Made by a program: the position numbers and the translations under genes. From Camelus dromedarius (lineage: Eukaryota): 64,000 nt of DNA. Of the stretch, positions 52,001 through 63,856 are shown piece by piece. The notes beneath the pieces are model-generated. The model was not told where the DNA came from, searched no databases, and saw nothing but the letters and a program-made list of their open reading frames with translations. The DNA is taken from positions 77,564,001-77,628,000 of the forward strand of contig NC_087437.1 in NCBI RefSeq assembly GCF_036321535.1, in the 5' to 3' direction. How positions within the stretch are numbered: the first letter of the stretch is position 1; every line of letters starts with the position of its first letter.

Positions 52001-53769
52001 ATGTTCAACATGTATTGGAAAGTTAGATTCTCAAAAAATGTAAGTTTCCTGAACATCTATCTTGAAGCTGCCCCCTAAAAGTGTTAGAAATGAATATGGG
52101 TCCCAAATAAGTTAACTTAAAAATTAACTTAAAATTTCCTTCTGCAACTTAAAAACAAGTCAGTGAAAATGCTTATAACTATAGCTTATATTAAAGCTTG
52201 TACTCAACCTAATAATATACCACACTGATTCTTCTTGATGTTATGAAAGATTCCTCAGAATTAGTACATGTATTTATAAAACTGACTCAGAGATACTGGG
52301 GAAGTGACTTACACGTGGCACATGCTCAGTCATCATTTCAGATACACTCAGATTTGGTGTTACCACTTCTCTGGCCTGTGATTCTTCTGCATTAGTTCTT
52401 TTCCCCGTTAAGATTGGGATAGCTAATACAAGAAATGCAGACTAATGTATATGGCAGGTGCTGAAGATTAGATTTTGATAAGAGATATTTTTAAAAATTA
52501 CCTTCAGAGATTATTAAATAAAGATCGTTACATGTAGAAAAGAAGCAAAATAATATATTTTAAATGTTTTTCTAGATTCTGAAGGTATCCTAAAAATGAT
52601 TGTTTTCTTTCCCTCAACAGCTTGGTCATGTATCTCCCCAACAGCCTCTCATTCTTTTCGTCTAAAACCTTGAGAGAGCTCTGCGGGGCATGTACCGTGC
52701 CAGGCCTTGGCTGACTCAGGGCCTGTCCTTAAGCGTTTTGCGATTAGGACAGAAATAGAGGAGACACAGACGAATTTATAGAAAAAATTATGTCGCTGGA
52801 GGTACACTTCCTAAATACACATAATAGGAAAGGTTAAAGTTCAAAGACAGTGACTGTGGGACAGTGTCACAGGAGGTTCATCTGTAGACAGTAAAGATGG
52901 ATGATTCTACTTTATTTTGTTTCTGGAAAAGTTGATGAACTAATCAAAGTATCAGGAATTGCTCAAATGAAGGAAAGAAAAGTACTTGGGAAGGGTGATG
53001 TCTGGGGTATAAGTTGTATCAGGTAAAGCTAATGGGACATGCAGAAAGTCAGCCCTCTGATTCTATATGCCTCTCAAACCAAGAATGCACAAGGCTGCAG
53101 AGGAGTGCGTCCACGAGCCGTGAGTTCGAAGATGCAAACATCACTAGTTGAGAGCAGCATTAGAAAGTACATTCTTGGTTTGTTTCAAGTGTGCACAGCA
53201 GAAAGTGGGTGTGTTTCTCACCAAAGGTTTAACTGGCACACAGTGAATTTAACAAGAAGTGCGGATGGTGGGGAGGATGGCTGTTTATCTTTAAGAGTGT
53301 GTGTCCTTGTGCGTTACCAGCTCGTGAACTCAGGAATGACAGCCGCAGTGCGGAACTCTGTGCATGTACGAGGGAAATACAGAGGGAATGAAGTAATGGG
53401 GGTAAATGGGAGGATGGTTTACTTGGCGGCTTTAACTTGGAACCAGCCAAATAAAATTGCTCTATTTTATTCCTCTGGTATCCTAAAAATTTCCCATGAG
53501 CTAAATCAATGACTGAACATTTTCCCATGTACCATAAGTTACATATTTTCTCTACTATCAAAAGTAAACATCCCTGATAGCTAATGAAAATTCTTAAATG
53601 AATTCCTTTTACCGCTTTTCTAGTTGCAGGTAAAGTGGAACCTACTATTTGAATGAGTTTGTGAAAAGAAAAAATCCCATATATAATTACAAATGGTGTA
53701 ATTATTTACCTTAATTGAGATTTCTTTTGGTATTTTATATACAACTTCTTTAATTGTGCCTTCCTCATC

Positions 53770-53968
53770 TTTTTTTTTATTAAGACTATTTTTTAGAGCT
53801 GTTTTAGATTCACAGCAAAATTGAGAAAATATGGTATTTCCCATATAACTGCACCCCCACACCTGCCCAGCCTTCCTGATCATCTGCACACTCCCCCATA
53901 GTGGTACATTTGTTAAACATGATGAACCTACATTTGCACATAATCACCCAGAGTCTATGTTTACATTC
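53770..53968 (-). mobile_element. L1MC1-like 3' end
   Basis: ttagagctgttttagattcacagcaaaattgag...gtggtacatttgtt...tcacccagagtctat; homologous to ~28665-28860. Confidence 0.85.
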
Positions 53969-56265
53969 CTATTTTTTAATGACAGACACTGCTCTTATTT
54001 CCCCCTTCAGGACTAAGTAAGATAATTTTGTATAAAAATTTACGTACTACTGAATAAAATGCACTGGAATGATGTTCTTATAAATTTGCTTTATTTTTAT
54101 CTAACTAGAATATTATACTGATATTAAAAGTTTGCATTAAAAATATAGTAAGAAAAATTAAATCTGACTCTTTAGAACTTTATTAAAATGGTGATAAATG
54201 GGATATTGAAGCATTTTTTTCCAGACTTAGATATACAACAAATGCCACTCGAAGAGTTTTCACTTCTAGATACAATTCACTAAAATCCATTTAAGCTAAT
54301 TATCTGTGACTAGTAAATTTTAGCAGTAAGCCCTTATAATTCCATGAACTTTTAGGTGGGCTTTGCTTTTCATTTCCTTCAGGAATACTCTGTTGATTTG
54401 CAGCAGAGCTAAAGAGTAGGGGGAATTACCCTGATTAAATATTTATCATTGGAGAAAAAATATAGGATCAGCCAGGACAGATGTGATTTCAGTTGTCTGT
54501 TCTTATGTCGCAGTGCCATGCTTCTTTGGAATTAAGCTGCACCAGGCAGATAGGACATTCCTGACATTGATGTGGTTGTTGAATATTTGGTCAATAAGTC
54601 TTTTTCGTTTGTACAGCCAATGCTTGAATTGTATAGAAAAAAAATTCATTATGCGTGGAAGTATATTAGGACATAAAAAGGGTATGTGTTTTTCTCATGA
54701 ATTTTATTTGGTAATAGAACCCATTCTGGTCCTTGAGTTAGCTCAGTTTACATCCATGTTTATAAGAATTTGTGAAAAGTTAGTGTGTGAAACTCCTGCT
54801 CTAATTCCCATCAAGTCACCATTTTGCAGTCCACACTCACTGGTCCTCGTTTGGAATGTACGTCTCCTGAGGTTACATACACCACAGTAGGTGTAACCTT
54901 TAGGTTATTAATAAGGCTATTAGCATGTGCTCTGGGCAGTGACAGTGGACTTCCTGTCACTGTATCACTGTGCTCTCATCTCACCATAAACTGTCACCTG
55001 AATTCCAAAGGTCACTCAAACAAGAATTCAAAAATCAATCTTGAGAAGATCTTCAAAGGCAGGTTAAAATATACTTTTGAAAAATCTTAGAGATTTCTCT
55101 TTCATCTCTGAACTTCCTGGACACTCAGATATACAGCTGAAATTTGAAAACCTTTCGGTTTTTCAAAATGTCTCTTGTAATGGGCAGACAAAATCCCTTA
55201 AAATTGTTTTCATTCTAACTAGTAAAGAAATCAAAATGAGAAAGTTATTTTGGGCTTGATGGCTCATATACCAAAGGCCTCTTGCTCCCTCTACAGAAGG
55301 TGCTTCAAAATTGCAGTCATAAAGATTAAAAAAAAAAAAATCAATGAAACAGATTTATCTTGAGATTCATTCATGACGGTTCACAAACAGCTTTGGATCC
55401 ACATGTACCTCCAATGTCTTGCAAACTGGTTGATGGTCCTAAAGTTGGTGAGGGTAGGTTTCTGTTTCTATTTTGGTATTTTTCATTGGCATCATCAAGG
55501 TAAACTCCTTTAGCAATAACTGTTAAAAAAAAAATGTTGGCTTGTTTATTTATTCACATGGATGAGTAAAATACTTGAATTTTTTTAGATAATTGTTTTA
55601 TGCATTTTCATTCTTTTTTATTTAGCCAGAGAATTTTAGCCATAAAAATAATGGACTCTACCTTTAAAGACTTAAAAAGCTCTCTTATTATCTACTTCTA
55701 TTGTTTCATCATTTTAAGTTCTTTTGTTGTTGGAGGAAAATTAACAATCTGCATTGTAACTTCATAGGAGAAAGAATTGTTTTATTTAATTAAACTGCAT
55801 TTTTTCAACTATAGGTAATATTCACAAGAGACAGAAGGTTTGACATTTCTGTAAAGACTTCATTAATATATGAAACAACCATGCATATATATCTGTCATC
55901 TTAATTTACCAATTTAAGTTAAATTAGAACAAAATGCTAATATTTTAATAGCTTTGGTGTAAATAATTTTATGTATTCTCTTGCAACTCCAGGACCTTTT
56001 TATTTTATTTGACAGGTTACTAGTTTTGTGCTGTTTTTTCAAATTATAAGAATGAAAACTCTTTGATTCCATTCATAGTCTTAACAAAGATTGAAAATCC
56101 TTTTCATTTGTATTTCAGTATGAGAACAGCCCTTCTGATGTTACCCGGTAATTGAAAAATGAACACAAGTGACAAAGTAGTTCTTTGATTTGAATATGTC
56201 ACATCGGATGTGCCTATTCTGAATTATTATGCTTAAACTAGACTGGATTTTTTTCCCTCTGGTAG

Positions 56266-56412
56266 GTGTACTGGTCCATTAGCAAATTCCCTTTCAGAGA
56301 AAACAAGAGACCCAGTAGAGGAAGATGACGATGAATACAAGATTCCTTCATCCCATCCCGTTTCCCTGAATTCACAACCATCTCATTGTCATAACGTAAA
56401 ACCGCCTCCTAG
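56266..56412 (+). CDS. CBLB: CBLB exon 14 ([49 protein letters not shown]), includes YKIP motif
   Basis: Acceptor ggtAG (56264-56265), donor GTAAGA at 56413; 147 nt, phase 2-2. Confidence 0.96.
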
Positions 56413-59400
56413 GTAAGAATATGGGCCACTTTTTATCACCTCACATCTGCATAAGCATTTTCATTTGTGGTACTTGTTTTTAAGCAACTGAATCACATCT
56501 GTTTAATTAAAAATCCTTGATTTCTTGCTCAAAGCCTCTTCTACCTATAATACTGTTTTCTCCATTACTTTCAGAGAAAACAAAAAGATGCAGATTTCCA
56601 TTAAGTAGGAAGTCCTTTGACTAAATTAGTTGCCTAGTGAATCTAATGGAATAATTAGATGCCCCTCTCCCCCTCAAAAACAAATTATACTCTAATAAAA
56701 CTTCACATTAGGTTACATATAGTGGTGATTAATTCATGAATTTTCAGTATCTATTTTCAATGCATTTTATCAGTTCTAAGCACATAATCTCATGAAGAAA
56801 AATTGGTGCTTAGAAGCTAAGGTATTATGCTAACCTTCCGTGGAGCTTTTCTTCGTGACGTGAAGATGCTGTGATTTATATTCGTTTTCTTTCTTGATGT
56901 GCTGCCTGCTTCCTTTCCGATCTTGAAGAATTTTTTTAGAAAATGACTCCCTTAACTATTTTTTATCAGGTGCTATTTTATTTTTCCTTGGATCAAGCAA
57001 GAATGTAAGGAATAGTGTCTTGTTTTTCTTCTTGTCTGTTGTTTATTCTCACTATAATGGAGACATCCTTGGTCTTTGAAGTGGCAGCCCCATTGAGGTA
57101 TATATGAGTTATTAAAAATGGGTGGTGTGTTTTGAAATATTAGTTTGTCTCTAAGTAGAAGGACAATTCTGCATTTATATAATTGAATCAGTAAATAATA
57201 ATCTTTTTCTGTTAATTTTTTAATGTAATATGACACACTCAGTAAGTCAAATTTGAGTTTCAAACTTATTTTCTGAGCTCCAGTTTTATTTATATAATTA
57301 CATCCCCGGACCTATGCTTGGCACATAGAATAGGGCTCAACCACTGCTGAGCCCAGCCTTCTTGCCGTCCGGTATCTCCTTACTGACTGAGGGATAAGAG
57401 GGCTGTTGAACCCCTCAGTCATCTGTATCATCTGTACTCACTGTGCCATTTCCTTTTGAGGTCGAGTCAAACAGGAAGCATTTCATGAGTGGAGTGTTCC
57501 CTTCTTTTCAGATGAAAAATCTAAAGAATGTTTTAATGTATTTCTTCGAGTATCTGACTGCAGTACTTGGAAAAGAGAAGCAAATCTTCACTTTAACCAG
57601 AGATCAGTCTTAGTGAGTTACATGGTTAGAATGAGCAACTCGACAGAATTATTAGCCAGGGTTCTTAACACTTTGCAGTCCAGGGCATCATATTTCAAAG
57701 CAAGAACGAAAGCATTTCTTGCTGATTGCTGGTCTTTAAGACATTTGTTGGTAAAACAGTATCATTGAGAAGACAGAAATAACAGAGATTAATTTGCTGT
57801 GTCAGAAGAACCAAATGTCTACTACTCTTACTAGAGAAAGAAGTTATCCCTTTGCTTCAAATATAAATTGTTACAACTTTCACTTCCCTTGGCGCTTACG
57901 AATGTGTAGTGATTTTTAAAAACTGAAATAAGATGAGCTTTTTTGGTCTCCTTGGGATCTCATTTTTTTTCATTGCTGGAAAAGTGAGGAATATAATTTT
58001 AATACTTTAAATTTTAATTGTCATATCATAGTAGATGAGATTTTTGGTGGCAGGCCTCCCAAATCCTGAAAATAAATTTGATTTATAACCACCATTACCA
58101 TCTTTCTACTGTCACAGAGAAGTAATAAATGTTGATAATCCCTAAACTTAATTGGAGTGAATATTTTATCTAATTTGTTCTTGAAAGCTGATGGATGAAG
58201 TGTCCTCTTAGGTCCTCTACAAAGCACTCTTTAAACTTAAATACATCCTTTCCTTCTATTTTTCTCCCCTTTGGAACATCAGGAGAAGTAAATTGTCAAT
58301 ATGTGGAAAAAGTTAAACTGTACATGAATAATTCAGTTCCAGTAAAAATCCATCATTATTATGAAAATTCAATACATGATAACTATTTTTAAATGAACCA
58401 TCTCTGGCTCCTTAAAAGAGATGTGGCCACCAGAGAGAATGGAAATGAATTTCAGATGAAGCACTCTGCAATAACTATTCAAATATCTACTATCTCCTCT
58501 ATTATGTATGTACTTTTACTTTGCCCCAAGAATCCAGAGCAAATCAGAGAAAAGTAAAATACAAACTCTGCTTCCTGTAGCTCTTTGTGAGCAGATAGTC
58601 CATTGCTACATATTCTGAAGACAAAATACCCCCCATGTCTTCTCCCCCTGCTGCTCCCTTCCTGTGCCCCAGTTTTCTCCATTCTGTTCAAAGTATGATT
58701 CTGAAGCATTCATACCAACAGCAAAAATACTTTTTTAGTAAATATTATCCCTTACAGGATCTAGATTAAAATACTTGTTGTGTACCCAAGGCCTTTGCTA
58801 AAGTCATTTTTCTATAGTTTGTCAGAAGTGCCAGAGTTTTGTTCACGACTGGTGAAATTACACTCCAGACTTTAGGTCTTTGTGCCTGTCAGAATTTGAA
58901 TGGAATTACTGAGTGTTTAGTAATTCTCCTTCTTTGATGGATATTTAATTCTCCAGCTTATTAAAAGGAAAGCTTCAATTATAGAAATAAAAATACAATG
59001 TTAAATTCCATCAACAAATCACGACGTTATTGGGACTTCGATTTTTTGCCTTATTGCATTTTTTTGTTCAAAAACTTGATAAGGTATTACTGAAGTCTTT
59101 GAAAACAATACATTAGTTGCACAGGTGTATTTAGGGTATCAACAATTTTGTGGCCCTTGTGATTCTTCGTTTTTTGTTTTTTTAAGAGGAGATTTATTTA
59201 GAGAGATGTACATGGCAGTGGAGGGGAGAGTGGTTGTGGTTAAAGTAAAGGTAGGTGCACACTCCACAGACAGAGTAAGTGGACCTTGTAATTCTTGGTT
59301 TCACTTAAAAAAAAAAAAGTATCTTCCATGGGATATTTACTTCTGCTTTCTAAAAGTATTTAAGAAGAGTATCTAGGTAATTTCCTTGTTTGGAGAAAGT

Positions 59401-59535
59401 GTAAGTAATACTAATTTATTTTCACACTTTATTATATGAGCAGGGTTGCTAGAGCCCATCGTCTCCCCACCCCAGATAACTTTTAAGTAGAAGGTAATTA
59501 TCCTTACAATTTTTGTCCTTTGGTTTCTGCTTTAG

Positions 59536-59633
59536 GGCTTGTGACAATGGCCACTGTATATTGAATGGAACACATGGTACATCTTCAGAGGTGAAGAAAT
59601 CAAACATCCCTGAGCTAGGCATATATTTAAAGG
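59536..59633 (+). CDS. CBLB: CBLB exon 15 ([32 protein letters not shown])
   Basis: Acceptor tttAG (59534-59535), donor GTAGGT at 59634; 98 nt, phase 2-1; in ORF 59513..59728. Confidence 0.94.
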
Positions 59634-59748
59634 GTAGGTATAAAACATGTTCTCTTTGTATTCTGCATCTTAATGGTCAGAATTTAAAGGCAAAATTCCA
59701 TGCCATTGTTGTGCTGAAAATACATTAAGATTTTGTGTTATCCTCTAG

Positions 59749-59880
59749 GAGATGTTTTTGATTCAGCCTCTGATCCAGTGCCATTACCACCTGCCAGGCC
59801 TCCAGCTCGGGACAATCCGAAGCATGGTGCTTCACTCAACAGGACGCCCTCTGATTATGATCTTCTCATCCCTCCATTAG
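59749..59880 (+). CDS. CBLB: CBLB exon 16, likely alternative ([44 protein letters not shown])
   Basis: Acceptor ctctAG (59747-59748), weak donor GTTGAA at 59881; 132 nt, symmetric phase 1-1; follows a 115-nt intron. Confidence 0.93.
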   Translation, partial: EMFLIQPLIQCHYHLPGLQLGTIRSMVLHSTGRPLIMIFSSLH

Positions 59881-60887
59881 GTTGAAACCTTTAAAACAAT
59901 TTCAAACAAGCCACCCTGCCTCCTCTCTCAGTTAATATCTGAATTATCAGAATTCAGAGCCCAATGTAATGTAGACTCACTAGGTGATAAATTTGTCTGA
60001 ACAGTGGCTTCCCTGGGTGATGGTGGCTCTCAAGTTCATGTGGCCATTTATTCTGTTTAGATGATTGAAACAGTGGTGTAAATAGCTGGCATCAGTCCAG
60101 ATTTCAGCAGGTTGTCTCTTCACGTACTAAATGCATTTTGAAAAAAAAACCTATGAAAGCATTGTTCATCCCCCCAGGCTCTTGTGTTCTAATGGATTTG
60201 AGGTACTCATCTGAGATTTTCTTTAAGTACAATTCTTAATGAATGTGTACTTACTTTTCCTTTCAGCAGAAAATGACCCAGTTCCACTTAGCTAATTACA
60301 TTATGGAAAATTATATATTTTATTGTAGAGAGCTGAGAATAAATTCTGCCTTACCATCACTGCAACTAGAACACATCCAAAGAATCTCAATTTCTTTGTT
60401 TCAAATTTTACTACAAAGAAGTATATTAATATATGTGTGCGTACACACATGGAGGTACACACAGATGTGTATGTATGTTAAAGCTGGCTGGTCCCGATGT
60501 CTGTTTATTTCATTAATTCTAGGTAGAAAGCTTCTCAGCCTGTTTTTAGAGGAAGACAATTACAACCTCCACACAAGTTAAGGCTTCACAATAATGAGTC
60601 ATCATAACAGAAAACAATGATGAAAGTTCATTTATAAGCTTATCTGAATTGATCATCAGGCTGCTAGAAATGAACCCTTCCATTTTTTTTCCAATAAACA
60701 CCATCAATTCGCGTTCCTAGTTACACGGCTGAACGTCTTGTACCCAGCTCTGTAGTTCAGCACTGTATTCTTACCTGCCTGGATTAAGAGAGCCTTGAAC
60801 TTCCTCCTTTAGCTGCAGTCTGTTTCTCCTTCTGCTTCTCCCTGTGTGCTGGTTTTGACCCGTTACCCCCGTCTTCATGGCTGAGAC

Positions 60888-61021
60888 CAGCACTGTCCAG
60901 TAGAACTGTAGGTGGCGACATAAAGGATCTCTATGTACAACTGAAGAGCTGAATCTTAGTTTATTTAAATTCAGACTAAATATCTGTATGTGGATGGTGA
61001 CTACCATATTGGACAATGCAG
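60888..61021. mobile_element. Internally deleted MER3-like MITE
   Basis: Ends cagcactgtccagtagaact and ctaccatattggacaatgcag, related to the element at 23247. Confidence 0.7.
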
Positions 61022-61029
61022 ATAAATGT

Positions 61030-61415
61030 TCCCACCTGTTTAACTCACCCTTCCTTTGGCTTTTTGTGTACATCTCATGTTTTAATTTATCCTCTTCACT
61101 CTGCCTAGAAGACCCCATCCTTACATTTGATGAACAAATGCTTTTGAGTCCCCAGTGTCCCAGGCCTTCCTGTTCTTGGTAACACCTTACTGAAATGCCA
61201 CTTTCTACATTCCTCTTCCCCCGTAAAATGCATCTCCATCTCTCTGGGGCGTGTGGGACTTCCATCTGTGAATCATTTATAAACTTTTCTTAGCTCTCCT
61301 TGTGGAATCTAAGCTCCTTGGGTCAAGGCCTTAAGATTTTGATCTTCACATTACCCATGTGACTAGCATGGTGCCTGACATTTAGCAGGATTTAGATAAA
61401 AGATTTGAATGAATA
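61030..61415 (+). mobile_element. L2 3' end
   Basis: taagctccttgggtcaagg...ctagcatggtgcctgacatttagcagg...atttgaatgaat. Confidence 0.7.
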
Positions 61416-61740
61416 TGATAATGTAGCAATAGCTGAAGGCTGTAATGATAACAAAGCCCCCTGTCTCCCCTATGCTTTCATATAATTTATGTTAGAAAAG
61501 TGTTTATAATTATCAAAGAAAATGTTTTGAATATTTTTGCAAGGCAAGCTGGATGAATGGTAAAACTTTTATTTAAATATACCCTGATATTTTAAGTCAG
61601 TATATTTAAATACATGTGAATTTTTATTACTGGAATAGGTATGTGTTTATACCCTGTTACATTCACAAAGTATTTGCGATTGCTTACAAAAATAAATCCA
61701 GTGCAATTTTATTTTATTTTTTAGAGAATCAAGGGAAAAG

Positions 61741-62213
61741 TATGAGTGGAATAGTGATCTCATATGGTATTTTTCTTTCTTTCTGGCTTACTTCACTTAG
61801 AATGACATTCTCCAGGAACAGCCATGTTGCTGCAAATGGTGTTATGTTGTTGGTTTTTATGGCTGTATAGTATTCCATTGTATAAATATACTACACCTTC
61901 TTTATCCAGTCATCTGTTGATGGACATTTAGGCTGTTTCCATGTCTTGGCTATTGTAAATAGTGCTGCTATGAATATTGGGGTGCAGGTGTCTTTTTGAA
62001 GTAGGGTTCCTTCTGGATATATGCCCAGGAGCGGGATTCCTGGGTCATACGGTAAGTCTATTTCTAGTCTTTTGAGGAATCTCCAAACTGTTTTCCATAG
62101 TGGCTGCACCAAACTGCATTCCCACCAGCAGTGTCGGGAGGGTTCCCTTTTCTCCACAGCCTCTCCAGCATTTGTCATTTGTGGACTTCTGAATGATGGC
62201 CATTCTGACTGGT
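61741..62213 (-). mobile_element. Young L1 ORF2 C-terminal fragment lacking the 3' UTR
   Basis: ORF 61891..62178 ([16 protein letters not shown]...IPLLGIYP...FTIAKTWKQPKCPSTDDWIKK) is a well-preserved L1 ORF2 tail. Confidence 0.93.
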
Positions 62214-62527
62214 CACATCCATTGTCTTTATACTACACAGGTTACAAGTTAATAATAAGCTGTTTCATAACGTGCAATGTTGCTTTTTAATAGAAAGGCC
62301 TGTGAGATAAAATCTGCCTGCACATATGTGTTTGTGTGTCTGTGGTTCCCTGCAAACCCTCTCACAAAATAATTAGCTCCCATTGTTAAAGTCAGTCAAG
62401 TCCCAGCTAAGCACTGCAGGTGAAGTCCTTTATATGCAGCAAGAGAAAATCAGTCATTACTGTTGCCTGATACTGTGTTTTGATTAATGAAGTTCTGCTG
62501 TTGATACTGACCCTTCTTTAAATGCAG

Positions 62528-62668
62528 GTGAAGATGCTTTTGATGCCCTTCCCCCATCCCTTCCACCTCCCCCACCTCCCGCCAGGCACAGTCTCATCGA
62601 ACATTCAAAACCTCCAGGCTCCAGTAGCCGACCATCCTCAGGACAGGACCTTTTCCTCCTTCCATCAG
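62528..62668 (+). CDS. CBLB: CBLB exon 17 ([47 protein letters not shown])
   Basis: Branch-like TACTGAC 62505-62511, acceptor tgcAG (62526-62527), donor GTAGGC at 62669; 141 nt, phase 1-1. Confidence 0.96.
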
Positions 62669-63504
62669 GTAGGCGGCAAAAGCCAAGCAAAATTTTTCAC
62701 TTGAAGCAAAAATATTTCTAAGATCCTACTGTCAAATAAGCAGGAGTAATTCATTGGTTTCTAGCTCCCTAGCAGAAAAATTCCAGGGTGGGGAAAAGAG
62801 CAGTTGGGTGGGTTTGCCTGTCAATTGTTTGCTTTAATGCCAGGATTACAGAAATGGCAAATCAATAAGGAATCACAGAATTTAGAAATGGTGCTGTTGA
62901 GATCATCTGGTCCAAATAGCACCCGTGTGCTACAGAAGGCATCCCTGAGAACCAGAATGGCTCTGTCACTGGGCTGACAGTGATGGGGACAAATTTAGAC
63001 TGTCTCCTGAATCTGAGTGCAATTGTTTCTTTCTAGTAATATGTTTAAAAGTTTTCCTGGATAGGCTTTAGAATCATAATTTTATTCAGAAACATATTTT
63101 GGTAAATTACATTGTTGTAACATTAATAGATAGCTTTTCTGAAATATCTGCATTTTATTTTACTGTTTGTATTTTTAATGTGTCACTGTATCTGCTAAAA
63201 TTATTAGTATTCGAGGAAAAATTAATACATAGCTTTTTTAACACTCAAGATAGGAGTAGAAATTAAAGAGCTATAATAAACCATCCATTTCACTAGTCAG
63301 AATTACCAGGGAAAAAAAATTCAACTATGTTGAATCTGCTGATATTAACTGTTCTAATCAGTTCTGTTGATGATACTGTGATCTATACTCTGAAACGTTT
63401 GCCTCCTTATTTTGATTTGGTTAAAAGATGTTCTTTTTTTGTTAACAATTCCTTTACGTTGTCCTTTGGCCACCTGTATGCGTCATTGAAATCTTGGGAA
63501 TCTT

Positions 63505-63856
63505 TTTATATACTTTTTTTTTTTTTTGATCAAAGTATAGTCAGTTTACAATGTGTCAATTTCTAGGGTACAGCATAATGTTTTGGTCGTAAAGGAACAT
63601 ACATATGTTTTCATGTTCTTTTTCACCGTAAGTTACTACAAGATATTGAATATAGTTCCCTGTGCTATACAGTATGAACTTGTTGTTTATCAGATTTTGT
63701 GAGAATCCTCCTGTACTTTTCAAAGCGAGACACTCCGCTGGAGTTCCTAGGTGTTCTGTGTGATTCAGTGGGTTTGTAGATGTAATTCTTGGTCTATTTA
63801 TGGGAGAGGGCAAACTATGAGCCTCTCTGCTCTGCCATCTTGGCTCAACCCTTTCC
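63505..63856 (-). mobile_element. Bipartite mini-L1 (5' UTR start joined to 3' UTR end) with T-tail and 17-bp TSD
   Basis: TSD GAAATCTTGGGA(A/C)TCTT at 63488-63504 and 63857-63873; T14 at 63514-63527; L1 3' end 63528-63690; 63691-63856 begins on the minus strand with GGAAAGGGTTGAGCCAAGATGGC (YY1 motif typical of L1 starts). Confidence 0.85.

Noticed and set aside
53039..53561. 157-aa (+) and 110-aa (-) overlapping ORFs
   Set aside because: No recognisable homology, splice context or retrocopy hallmarks; compatible with chance in a 64-kb six-frame scan.
60486..60499. GGCTGGTCCCGATG resembling a Y RNA 5' end
   Set aside because: Only ~13 nt match, with no Y RNA body or complementary 3' stem.
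60905..60920. CTCF-like TAGGTGGCG inside MER3
   Set aside because: Mismatches at key 5' motif positions; not supportable without a PWM score or ChIP data.
60771..61265. 164-aa minus-strand ORF
   Set aside because: Runs across MER3 and L2 remnants; no protein signal.
62415..62425. TGCAGGTGAAG identical to the exon 17 acceptor junction, 108 nt upstream and in frame
   Set aside because: No pyrimidine tract, and use would hit TAA before the true exon; an 11-mer match that includes consensus bases is weak evidence.
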